64,000 nt of DNA from Eledone cirrhosa (taxonomy: Eukaryota), in the NCBI GenBank assembly GCA_964016885.1, contig OZ024740.1:114018001-114082000 (forward strand), read 5' to 3'. The translations under genes were made by a program, and so were the position numbers. The notes below the pieces were generated by a model. That model was not told where the DNA came from. It searched no databases and saw only the letters and a list, made by a program, of their open reading frames with translations. Positions 1-11,791 of this stretch are shown here, piece by piece; positions within the stretch are counted from its first letter, which is position 1; each line of letters begins with the position of its first letter.

Positions 1-2157
1 TAGTGACCGACGCTCCTTTCTTGAAATAATAATTCCCATGATAGGCAGATAACCAGCAGCGGATCACATTTTATGGTACCTGGCATAAATTCTAATTGCA
101 ATATGTTTGTTTTATTATTGCTAGCATTGCAGTAACAGGTTAGATTTATTGAATAAAATCAGTAAATTGGATCAAAGATTAATTCTTGATTTAATATATC
201 ATATAAGAACCAACACATTAATACGTTAAACTCGTCACATAAAATCTTTCTACGGGATCACTTTAGTTTTCCCTGCAACATTATAATACTTTAATGTAAA
301 TTTCCTTCGTTAAAAGCATGAATGATAGAAATGTAATTTTCTCTCTCGCTGAGTATTCGAAATATGAATGGAAACATATAATTACACACAACAATCTGTA
401 ACCATCATGGAACTTAATCCTAGCTGTTAATTGTATCACATTAAATACTACCGGAAGGTAATGAGTGATGTGTCACATTTTAACAGATGTTATATATATA
501 TATATATAGAAAGAGTGGTTTTGTGTGTGTTTGTATATATACGTAATTATACCGACACAAAATATGCATATGGTTACGTATATGCATGTATAAAATTTGG
601 TACATATCCATCGATGTCAAGTTGATGGTTAGCTGTTGTTTAGTTCAGGAACCAGATTTTTCTTCTTCTGATGCACCAAATACAATTCAGTTTCTTTCGC
701 CGTGTTAAAATATCTTTATAAACTGTTAACTAATGATCCTAATAATTAGGCCCGGATAACAAGTGCAGAGGAAGCAGCGTCTGCATTTAATGTTGCATTG
801 CAGAAACACACACGCACGCGCGTGCACACACACACACGTGTATATATATATATTGTCAAGTTTTAAGCTAATGATCCACTCTCTCTTCAGTCAAAGTTTC
901 TCAACATGTATTATTATTTTGGCAACACAAATTATATTCATTTGGAACTTATCGCAATAAAGGAACGACCGATTTTACTGTTTCATTTTTTGTCAGTTAT
1001 TTAAGTTGTGATATTGATATGAGAGAAGCGATGGTATTTAAATTATCACCAATCACCATACCGATGTATGTTCGGTAGTTAATAGATTGTGATGTAATCA
1101 GTGTTTTTTCTAAACTAAGGGAGTTACAACAAGTATCCGTTACCAGATTTTACTTCACGTTTTCTTACAGAGAACATATTTTCTTAAGAAATAAATAGCT
1201 GGGCAGAAATATATGAATGGCAAAGGATGTCAAATAAATCAAAGCAAAATGAAGTTTTAACAAGTATATTTCAACATAATATTTCAAAGCTAATAACTCT
1301 TTTCAATTGTGAAATGGAAACAGTTCAAAACAAAAACGAACGATTAACTGATCTATGTGTCCAAACACACAGGCGTAGACTTGTTATAATGGTCAATCTG
1401 AATCTTACATTTCCAATCTGTATTGTTTATAAAAAAGGTAAAATGCCCAGATGGAGAAATAACTATACAGACAGTGGATTGATTATAAAATCAGATAATG
1501 GTTAGAGCAGTCAGCCGGTGCCTGAATCATACGTAGTTCGAATTTTTTAGCGGCCGCTGGCCACATTTAAATTTCCATTGGGGTATTTTACCCGTATTTC
1601 CTAGCTAATATTTATAGTAACCGAGAGAATTTATAGTTATTTTTGTAACTGAGTTTCTTACATTTTCTATAAAATTGTAAGTGCGTTAATTTAAATATGT
1701 ACACACACATATATATAATGTATATATGCATGTATGTGTGTTTGTATGTGTAAATGTATATATGTATGCATTTATGTTTCTCTATGTGTGTGTGCGCGCG
1801 TGTGCAGGTGTGTGTGTGTATATGTGTTTGTGGGGGGGGGGGGGGTGCATGTTCGGTAATAAATCAAAGATAGAAGCATCAATTTTGTTTTTATTAATAG
1901 CTGAACAAGTCTTTGATTTTCAAAAGCCTTCCAAATATATTTTTGATATTGCTATGTTAAATTAATACACAATATACACGAACGATGTCCGCAAGGGAAA
2001 TAATATAATGTAGAGATTGCGTCTTAGCGGCAACACCTTACATCTATATGTTTGATAGACTACAGTTTATTCGGATATATTTCATCACCAGGAAGTCCTA
2101 AAAGGTTGAAGTAGATGAGCACGCACGCCTGCACCCACACGGACACACAAGCACAAA

Positions 2158-2287
<130 letters not shown>

Positions 2288-2576
2288 TTGGTATATATAT
2301 ATATGTATATATATATGTGTATATATATACATATATATGTGCGTGTGTGGGGGGCGGTGCATATGTGTGTGCTAGAATGATGCAATTTAAGTTCACCACA
2401 AATATTTAATAACCGAAAGTGCACAACAAATCAACAGGTTGTCCCTACTCTGAATTTTATGTGTTTGTGAATTAAGTATAGGGGAAGAATGACCCTCAAA
2501 TATGCCACATATGGAACATACACACACATATTCATACATCCTATATATATATATAAGTTATTCCGTGTTCAATCGG

Positions 2577-2627
2577 AGCTTCCAGATGATTTCTCACGAA
2601 TGAAACAGTTCTAGTCCTGTAGAGGCT
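2577..2627 (+). ncRNA. Type I hammerhead ribozyme-like motif (CAGAUGA core variant) in a short (TA)n-embedded element
   Basis: Stem I agcttc/gaggct; core CAGATGA; stem II t-ttc-tcac-gaa-t; GAAA; stem III acag/ctgt; GUA cleavage triplet. Homologous to 42232-42284 and 49087-49136. Confidence 0.6.
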
Positions 2628-2639
2628 TTTCTATATATA

Positions 2640-2694
<55 letters not shown>

Positions 2695-3840
2695 AGTGAG
2701 AGGGAGAGAGTGTGTGTATGAGAAGTTCACCTCGTATCAATGGCGAGTGGAAGCCAAATAAATCCAGATATATTTATATTAAGAAATATCTTTAGAGCAA
2801 TCATTGAGTTCAGAACTTCACACCCCCGAAATAGAGATATGTACATCTATATTTTCATATCTAAATATCGTTAATATTATTTACTGATGTCCCTCTGTGT
2901 GTATCGTGAAATACAAGTTCATTAATATATATACCTGTATATATACATATATGTATGTGTGTGCACTTTCCTGTGATTGAACATTTCTGGAACTACAAAT
3001 TCAACACCCAACGAAGTAAACATTTTCAACTTTTCCACATCTACTCTGTCTGAATGTTTTCTTAACGTAACATCTGCTCCAAGCTCTATTTAAGATTTGT
3101 TTACCATACATTGATGATCTTCCGCTTGGATTACCCATTACTCAAATACTTTTGCGTTCCAAATATTCGCGGCATCAATTCACTGTCTAATACAAGATTC
3201 CTGGAATCAGAATGTGCTGCTTTGATGGAATACATCCTAGAATGGAAACATAACTACAAATAATAAATGCTATTAACCATTGATAGGAAACTCACAAATA
3301 TAACGCACCAAAATATACGTGAAGAGCAAGAGGAAGAAACAAAATAAAAGGAGGGCGACAAAAAAGAAAAGACGACCATCAATTCACTGCCAAATAATTT
3401 TTTTGAATCGGCTTAGTGAGAGAGAAGAAATAAAAATTAAAAACAAACCAACACTTGTTGCTCCCCCACACGGATATACACACATATATGTGTGTATTTG
3501 ACATACCAACACACATATGTACGTGGGCATACATGTATGTGTATAAATGTATGTGGTATGCTAATATTATGCATTCCTTGGAGCAAGCATACTCATTTAC
3601 AGTCTTTTTCATCCCATTGAATGAGAGCCGTACAGAGCTGTTATACTAGTCACGAATTATTAAACATTATAGTTCGCCATACGTAACTCGACAGGCGAAG
3701 CCCATAAAGATGTTGATCCTGACATCGATGAAGGAAATTTGCCTGCATCAGATAACAACCCTCTTGAGTTAATGAATTTTTATCTTAAACATTTACCACG
3801 CTGCTTCATCACTTCTAACACATTCTCAAATCCACTAGAC

Positions 3841-6110
3841 TAAAGGTTCTCAACCCATTTACGCCAAACGCCCCCTTTTTCCCCTCGAAATCACGAAAAG
3901 CCCCCTATCCTATTTTTCCATTTTTCAATATACTACTGATTTTGATATCAGTAGATTAGTATAAAATTGATTAACGATATTCCAAAGATACCATTGCAGG
4001 CAGTTGAAAGTATAAATACATTCATTGAAAGGAAGTATATAAATTTCAAAAAAAGGAACATACATGTTCTTTTTTATGAATAAGGACCAGTTGAATTTGT
4101 TATATTCCCACCAGACGATACCAGCTATTTTGAACATTTATACAAGAGCAACTCTGTCTATCCAAAGAGTGCTCTTATCTGGAAGAAAGTGGCAATTGTA
4201 TTATTTCAAAGCTTTCCAATTTTCCCTTTAATGAAAGGGACAGAATAAATGTTGATATCTAACTTGATGTCCCTCTGCTTTGTGAGGTTAGAGATCACGG
4301 AAGAGGGTTTTCATGACCACGTAAGAGGATATATTCATTAGTAAACGGTAAAATATATACAACAAATGATTAAGTGAATTGTGGTAGATGGTTTCCAGTC
4401 CAGTCAGACTGCAACTACAAATAAAAAATTGACTTACTTTGACCTCGTATCAATGGGACCCTTGAGCTTCATGGAGTTTAGCTAACTCTTTGACGTCAGG
4501 CTGGATTTTCGTAAGATGTAGCCGGAGATCTCCACGTGTAATCACATTGTAGCGGTTGCGAGCCTTACTGTGCAGTCTGGAAACAGCGCCAGACCCCCTC
4601 TCGACTAAGTATGAACTAGGAAAATGTAAAGCAAATCTCTTAGACTCTGCATGTAGGAATGGAAATCGACGCTGAATTTCCTCTTGCATCCCAAAAAGGG
4701 GTTCACCTATTTTGGAAAATTTAATTTTGATAATGTCATCTGTCTGAAGTTCAATTAATTCTTCCTGAAATTTAACGTCCAAATCGTCGACGTTATCTAT
4801 GAAGAGATCTGCTATCCACATTGGGATGTCCATCTGCAAAAGGTCGACAAACCGTTCTCTCATGTTGTCTTGTGGTGTACGGAGGTGCGCGGTATAAATT
4901 TGGAGTTGGTCATCACTCACAATGTTTTGAACATTGGCGACACTAGGAAAATTACAGAATTCCCGTCGACAAAGATTCCTTTCGATGACTTTCAATTTGG
5001 CCAGGAATATTTTCACAGCATTCCTTGCTTTAAACAAGGTGATCTTATCCCCCTGCAAAGCCATAATGAGGCTATTGCATTTGTCGAAGATGTCGGCGAG
5101 GTAGGCACAGTCTTGCCTCACATCGAGGTTTTTTTTATACAGTTCTGTGTTGCGTCCTCGAAGAAACTCAATGATAGAGTCGAACAGTAAAAGAAGCGAG
5201 TAAGGCACTTGCCCTTTGAAAGCCACCTCACTTCAGTATGAAGGAGCAACTCGACGAATTCTTCGTCATTATCTTCGCACAGTTGCCGGAAAATTCATTC
5301 ATTGAGAGCATGGCGTTTGATATAATTGATGACATCAATGGCTACCTGCAAAGACTTGCTCAGCGGCTCGCTGAGTATCTTCGCAGCCAAGTGTTGTCGA
5401 TGAATGACACAATGAACATCAAATACAGATGGATTTTCCCCCTTCAGAAGAGAGACGAAACCCTTATGTTGGCCGACCATTGCTCTTGCGCCATCCGTAG
5501 CACATGATACAATATTGTTAAGAGGAATCTCTTTTTCTTCGAGGTATCTCTTGAAAGATTCAAAGATGGTGGCACCTTTAGTATCTGTGGCTAGATTCAG
5601 AGTGAATAGAACCTCCTCGTGCATTTCATATTTGGTGGAAAAATCGCTCGTATCCCAGTAGTAATGACTGATTCCCGGAAAGTGTGCTTTCATCAAGTTG
5701 CAAAGCAAATTGTGTCGATTTCAAGATGTTGCATAATTTTTGTTCAACATTTTCCGCCATTTCGTCGATGCGTCTCCTTATTGTGTCGTTACTCAACGGA
5801 ATGCATTTCAAGGTCTTTAACGGGTTCTGATGTAGTACTGTTGAAAGAACTTCTGACATGACAGGAGCTACCAATGTTTCACCCACGATTATGTTGGCAA
5901 TATTGTAAGATGCGACAAGTCCATCAACATTTGAAGATTCAACTTTTGAAAAGGCAGAAGAAACAAGTGCTGTTTTCTGAAATTGGTCCCTAAGAGACTG
6001 AACGTATATATCTCTTATCGGGGTGCCTCACCTCCAGGTGTCTACTCAAACGCGATGGCTTCACCGCCTCATTCGAAAAGGACTCCTTGCAAATTAAATA
6101 CATGTGGGTT
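3841..6110 (-). mobile_element. hAT (Buster/Charlie, ZBED5/SCAND3-like) DNA transposon, disrupted
   Basis: Frameshifted ORFs 5626-5886, 5295-5708 and 4450-5226 carry LQLDEST, CATDGARAM, HCVIHRQHL and FPSSYLVERG. A BED-finger remnant LICKESFSNEAVKPSRLSRHLEVRHP lies at ~6020-6100. TIR-like taaaggttctcaacc at 3841 is preceded by cactagac. Confidence 0.9.
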
Positions 6111-6899
6111 AACCAAGAGTCGAGACAAGTTATATATGAAGATTAACCAGTCTTTCATGTAGGAATAGTAATGACTTAGCTTGAGGGAATTAAGGTGGCA
6201 GACTCAATAAAGGATCAATGAGGCAACAAGTTCAAGAGAACCTAATGCAAGAATGACTAGTATTGTGCAATTTTGAAATGGAATTCACTAATTAAGCACG
6301 TAGTGATAAGACGCGATAATACTAAGTTAAGACATTACTTATTAGTCAGAGTTACTCAAATTATCACCCTTACCTTAATGCATCACTGTGATATTCTTGT
6401 AATGGTGCTGCAATTATAATGGATGACTGTTGAAGACTACAAAAGTACTTCGTTAAGCCCAAGGCTGTAACAAGACTTGATCGTAGTATAAACAGTCAGT
6501 TTATAGCAACAACCTAGTTATAGAATAAATTATGGGGAAATACAATGAAGAGAAGATGGGATCAAGCAAACCGAATGTTAGTAAGAATGAGCTGAAGTAT
6601 CGAGGTCAAGCCGAACACGATGATGAACGGGTCAGTGAATTCAATTCATGAATAATGTTGCTCTTTTCCAGGGGCCTCGTTTGCCTTAAAAATGTGAGGG
6701 GGACAAACCAACATTTGTTGGAGCATTTTAGTATTACTTATGGTGTCTTCCCTGAACCCTATCACATAAGTAACATTTTACGCTAATTAAATTTTATATA
6801 TTCAAATGAAGTTCAGATATAAAAAAGTAAGCTTAAAAAGTATTTATTATATCAAATAAACAAAAAATAAAACATAGACATTTGAATAAAAATCATATA

Positions 6900-8075
6900 A
6901 ATTAAATTTATTGTCTTTTAGAACTTTCCAAATGTATCATATCTCGCATCATTGCTGTCAATAAATAATTTAGCAACTTCTTCATAACTAATCTTTCTCA
7001 AAACACTCTATGAACGTGGCATATTAGAATATGATTCATCCTTTGCTGAGTGATGGTTGATCGCAAACAAGTTTTGAGTCTCTGCAGAGCGCTAAAAGAT
7101 CTTTCAGCTTCACAAGAACTGGTTGGAAACATTAAAAGTAGCATGAGCAATCGCTCAACCTTTAGAAACATGCGACGGATTCTGGTTGCATTTGAACCGA
7201 ATATTTTACGATGATCCTCGAGAGATGATCCATTATGATGATTTCTATAAAAAAGTAGTTCGTTCCTTAAAGAAAATCCATCAAGCTCTGGATAGTGCAT
7301 GATCACTTCAGCACAAAAATTTCCATTGAGTAAAATATTGCTCAGTTTTTCATAATCTGCTAAATCCTGTGAAAAAAATAATCTTTCAAATTTGATATTG
7401 CAGAATCCACTACCTGCAAATACTGCACTCTGTAATGATTCAAAGCAGTGCAGTGTTGATATTTTAACGCATTTCCTTCCTGGTATCTTTTAGGAACTTT
7501 TCGTTTCCTGGGTAGCTCTAAAGGAGAAATATCGAGTTGATAAATCATTTTTTCTGCTGTATTGAACAGCTCCTGAAAATATTTTTCACTGCGTAGATTT
7601 TTTAGCTCCTCCTGCACCAGTTTGACACTATGCAACATGCTACCTAGATTGAAGGTGGTACTTTGAAAAGATTTGTTCAATCCTTCAAGGAATTGAAGTA
7701 ATGGAACTACAACGTGCAATCCAAGAATATATTGGCCCGGAGAGTGACACGTAAGAATAACATTAGCTCTGGATGCAATGTTGGTGCCAAAATCATTTGT
7801 TGCCTCTTGTAAAGAAATAGGGACATCTGAATAATTGTCAAGAAGGGCTTTGACTGCTGAAAGTCGTTTTAGCTATCGAGTAGTGCACAGGTTTTAAGGA
7901 GCGTGGTGACGATACTTCATTTTCTTCATCATGTTGTGATAAATACGCGTGCTTAAATTTCCCTGTTGTACTATATAGTAACCTAGAACATTTTTGATAA
8001 GTGAAGCTTGTTGTACGGACTAGGCTATTATAAGTTGAGAAATATGAATGCCGCAGTGCACGTAATGGGCCAAAT
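6900..8075 (-). pseudogene. Second hAT transposase pseudogene (ZMYM1/Tip100-like, C-terminal half with dimerisation domain)
   Basis: ORFs 7360-7719 and 6998-7306 (PTSSCEAERSFSALQRLKTCLRSTITQQRMN). HYVHCGIH (CxxH) at ~8045-8070 and LCTTR* at ~7875-7890. Multiple stops and frameshifts. Confidence 0.85.
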
Positions 8076-8812
8076 CAAGTTATGTTAGAATCTTTAAAAA
8101 GATCTTTAAAAAATACCCATACGAATTAAATACAAAAAAAGTTTCAGTCCAAAACAAAAGCAAACTATTTCAAATTATATATTTTTGAAAAATAGACGTG
8201 AATGTTCTCAAAGACTTGATTTCAGTCGAAAAAGCTTTTTTTAATTCTATATTTCACTGTTAGCTGTTGTAATATTTTGATTGGATAAACAATTCTACAA
8301 TTCAAACTGTAAAGTCAAAATACAAAAGATGTAAAATATAAAGTATTTCTTGCCTTTCTCTGACATCACAAACTCAGGGGAAAAATAGTACCTTGCAAAA
8401 TAAAATTCTTAGCAACGAATGAATCGAGAAGGTTTGTGACAGTGAGAAAGTAGTATTTGTATTCCTTTTATATATATACATAGATAGATACACAGACACA
8501 TACACACCCACACACACGCACACACGCACACACACACACACATACACACACACACACACACATATACATTCACACACACAAACTTGTGTGTCTGTGTGTG
8601 TGCCTTGGTGTGGGTACAGAAAGAATGTGTTCTACAGTTTTTTATTGCCAGGTCAAAGGCCACTGCTCTTTTCAACCACGCCAAATAACAACGCCACACA
8701 CACACATATATACATATGAATATATATATATATATATATGAATGAAGAGGGAAAGAGCGAGGGACAGAGAGAGTAAGAAATGGGTGTGTATTTGGTACAC
8801 ATCTATCTCCAA

Positions 8813-8882
8813 CAGGGGGCTCAAACATGCGGCCCGCGAACTACTTTTCTGTGGCCCGTGATAGAACAATATTTCATATGGC
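8813..8882. mobile_element. hAT-type MITE terminal fragment
   Basis: cagggggctcaaacatgcggcccgcg...gtggcccg resembles Charlie-type termini; interrupted by the following SINE. Confidence 0.5.
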
Positions 8883-8900
8883 ATTATAACTGGTGAAAAT

Positions 8901-9114
8901 AAGGCGCTGAGCTGGTGGAATCGTTAGCACATCTGGCGAAATGCTTAACGGTACTTCTTCCGTCTTTACGTTCTGAGTTCAAATTCCACCGATCTCAACT
9001 TTGCTTTACATCATTTTGGGGTCGATGAATTAAGTACCAGTTGTGTACTAGGATCGATGCAATCGACTGAACTCTAAACCCCAAATTTCAAGACTTGTTC
9101 CTATAGTAGAAATG
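8901..9114 (+). mobile_element. tRNA-derived SINE with 18-bp target-site duplication
   Basis: A-box-like ctggtggaatcg, B-box gagttcaaattcc, conserved body tttgc...catc...ggggtcgat...agtaccag. Perfect TSD attataactggtgaaaat at 8883-8900 and 9115-9132. Confidence 0.9.
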
Positions 9115-9220
9115 ATTATAACTGGTGAAAATCTTAAGCCACCACCACGTTTGGCGCACTGTGCCTCTCCTCCAGGACTTAATGGCACTTTTGTGTCCTT
9201 GAGTGTGAGACCGCTCACAA

Positions 9221-9258
<38 letters not shown>

Positions 9259-9279
9259 GTTACTTTTTGCTGTCTCTGG

Positions 9280-9512
9280 ACTACGCCCATGCTCGAGTAT
9301 CACCTTGGTAAGTTATGGGGACGTCAACAAACCAACAAGCATTGGTGGGAGGGCAAACACAAACGCAAAGACACACACAGACATATATACATATATACGA
9401 CGGGCTTCTTTTAGTTTCGGTCTATCAAATCCACTCACATATCTTTGGTCGGCCCGGGCAGTGAGACTAAACCCGGGAATATGTGGTTGGGAAACAAACT
9501 TCTTGTCACACT
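9280..9512 (-). mobile_element. Second tRNA-derived SINE family (CORE-like), partial
   Basis: Reverse complement reads aagaagtttgtttcccaaccacatattcccgggtttagtc...gggccgaccaaag...gtgagtggatttgatagaccgaaactaaaagaagcccgtcgtatata; same family as 22175-22540. Confidence 0.7.
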
Positions 9513-9514
9513 TC

Positions 9515-9607
<93 letters not shown>

Positions 9608-9639
9608 GAATATAAAATGAAAGTGCTTTTTTTAAAAAA

Positions 9640-10789
9640 GGAATTTATTAGGTATTGACATATGTTTCTGTAACAGACGGAATACCTATGTATCGCTGCT
9701 TGCGTAATCATCTAATGTTAGCAAGTATTCGATAGCAAATGTATAATCAGTTGTCACTTCTTCAGAGATTTTGGATAAATTGGATAAAATCAGAAAAATT
9801 GAAGTATTTATATTAGTAATAGAGGAAGAAGAGAGGGAATAGTATATGACAGATGGTAATTCAATTTACTGCTAAACAAGTATATAAAGGGTTTCTAATG
9901 AGAATACCATGAGTAAATGGTTCATTTTATCTAAATAAGAATTTTTGGGAGTGCCAATTTTAATCTCTACTTGACCAATTGGACAGTGGACAGGGCTGTT
10001 CATTTGGTGTAGTAGTATTAATTATAAAGTGTCAATTGGGGAAGGGGGAGATTTCGATTGCTACTGAATAACATCAATGCTAGTAGCCAGCTGGTATGTG
10101 CATTAGGGATTTGAATTAAGAAATCAGAAATCTCATTTTATCTATAGCAGTTTATATTAAATGGTAAGTAATAGAAGAGTTGATAGAATTAAGACTAATA
10201 GAGAATGTTAATATCTATTTTGACAACCAAACGGAGATAGAGGCGGGCGTTCAATCCTGGTGGTATTTATAACATGAAAATGTAGATTTTAAGCGATGGT
10301 TACAGTATAACGATCGCTCTATTCTGTTACTTAATAAAATGTTTTTGGATTTCATAATACAAAATAATTCTACATTACATAATTTACAAAGTTCCTGTCC
10401 GTGGGATTATGGGGGGGGGCAGCCGCTATTATATCCCATTTAAGGTGAAATTGTTGGTTATTTTCACGCAGCTGCCAAGCCTTCTCTGCGAGTGTTGTTA
10501 CATAACGCTGGTTTTCATGTTTTATCGAGTAACGATGTCTATAAAGGCGTGATTTGAAGGAGGTGGCTGTAGATCCCACATAGTACCACTTCTGTCTATC
10601 CGATTCGATAATACATTTGTATACGATGTTGTGTTCAAGACACTGATTGTTCAACGGACACATTCATGGTTGGACACAGTTGCAATTATAATTTTGCGTT
10701 GTTGTATTGTCATGGATGGGTTGATGAGGTTGCTTGGGTAGGACAGGATGTTGTTTGTTTGTTGTTTTGTGATGTTATAGCTAATGTTT

Positions 10790-10790
<1 letters not shown>
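9640..10790 (-). mobile_element. 5'-truncated Penelope-like element (GIY-YIG end plus 3' UTR/pLTR)
   Basis: CNCVQP*MCPLNNQCL...IVYKC...YVGSTATSFKSRLYRH (ORF 10370-10663 and upstream). A degenerate hammerhead-like motif (agatga...gaaac atat gtc) followed by aataaa lies at ~9645-9715. Confidence 0.8.
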
Positions 10791-10820
<30 letters not shown>

Positions 10821-10832
10821 AATATATATATT

Positions 10833-10919
<87 letters not shown>

Positions 10920-10922
10920 AAT

Positions 10923-11791
10923 TACAAATTAATATAAATTAATATATGATAAACACTAATACAAGCATATAAGTGTTTGTATTGCAAATGACCAAGTTAG
11001 CTAAATTGAAAAATACTAATTAAATTAATACACTTTGCCTGTCTCGATTTAAAATAATAAATCAATAAAAACAAACCCATATTGGCAATAGCCGTGATAC
11101 CTGGACAAAGTTTAATTTCAAAACTCAAATCTGTTTCGCAACAATAAGTGAAAATTCCATTTCTGTACTCAGCTGCAGGTATCCAGAAATTGGTATGTTT
11201 CACCTCAAAATACTTAGGAAGAGTGAGAGAAAAATGTGTTGTTGAACGCACATGGTGCCCCAGCGTCTAGCCAGTCTCATACTCGTGCCGCTAAAAATAG
11301 CAGCCGTTTTTATGGGACTAAGGAATTTAGCTCAACAAATGGAGCCGATAATACTATGTATAGAGTTATAAACTCAAACAGTCTTTACAATTAAATAGCT
11401 CAAAGAAAGAGATATTTCTGAGCCGTGAAATACAAATTAATATAAATTAATATATGATAAACACTAATACAAGCATATAAGTGTTTGTATTGCAAATGAC
11501 CAAGTTAGCTAGATTGAAAAATACTAATTAAATTAATACACTTTGCCTGTCTCGATTTAAAATAATAAATCAATAAAAACAAACCCATATTGGCCATAGC
11601 CGTGATACCTGGACAAATTTTAATTTCAAAACTCAAATCTGTTTCGCAACAATAAGTGAAAATTCCATTTCTGTGCTCAGCTGCAGGTATCCAGAAATTT
11701 GTATGTTTCACCTCAAAATACTTAGGAAGACTGAGAGAAAAATATGTTGTTGAATGCACATGGTGCCCCAGCTTCTAGCCAGTCTCATACT
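10923..11791. repeat. Direct duplication of ~361 bp (10923-11283 / 11431-11791, period 508)
   Basis: Two near-identical copies (about 9 substitutions by eye); the twin ORFs 10997-11251 and 11505-11759 reflect it. Confidence 0.95.

Noticed and set aside
10660-10670. In-frame TGA in the PLE CNC motif as possible selenocysteine
   Set aside because: It falls at a non-Cys spacer position (CNCVQP*MC) of a decayed copy, and no SECIS was identified.
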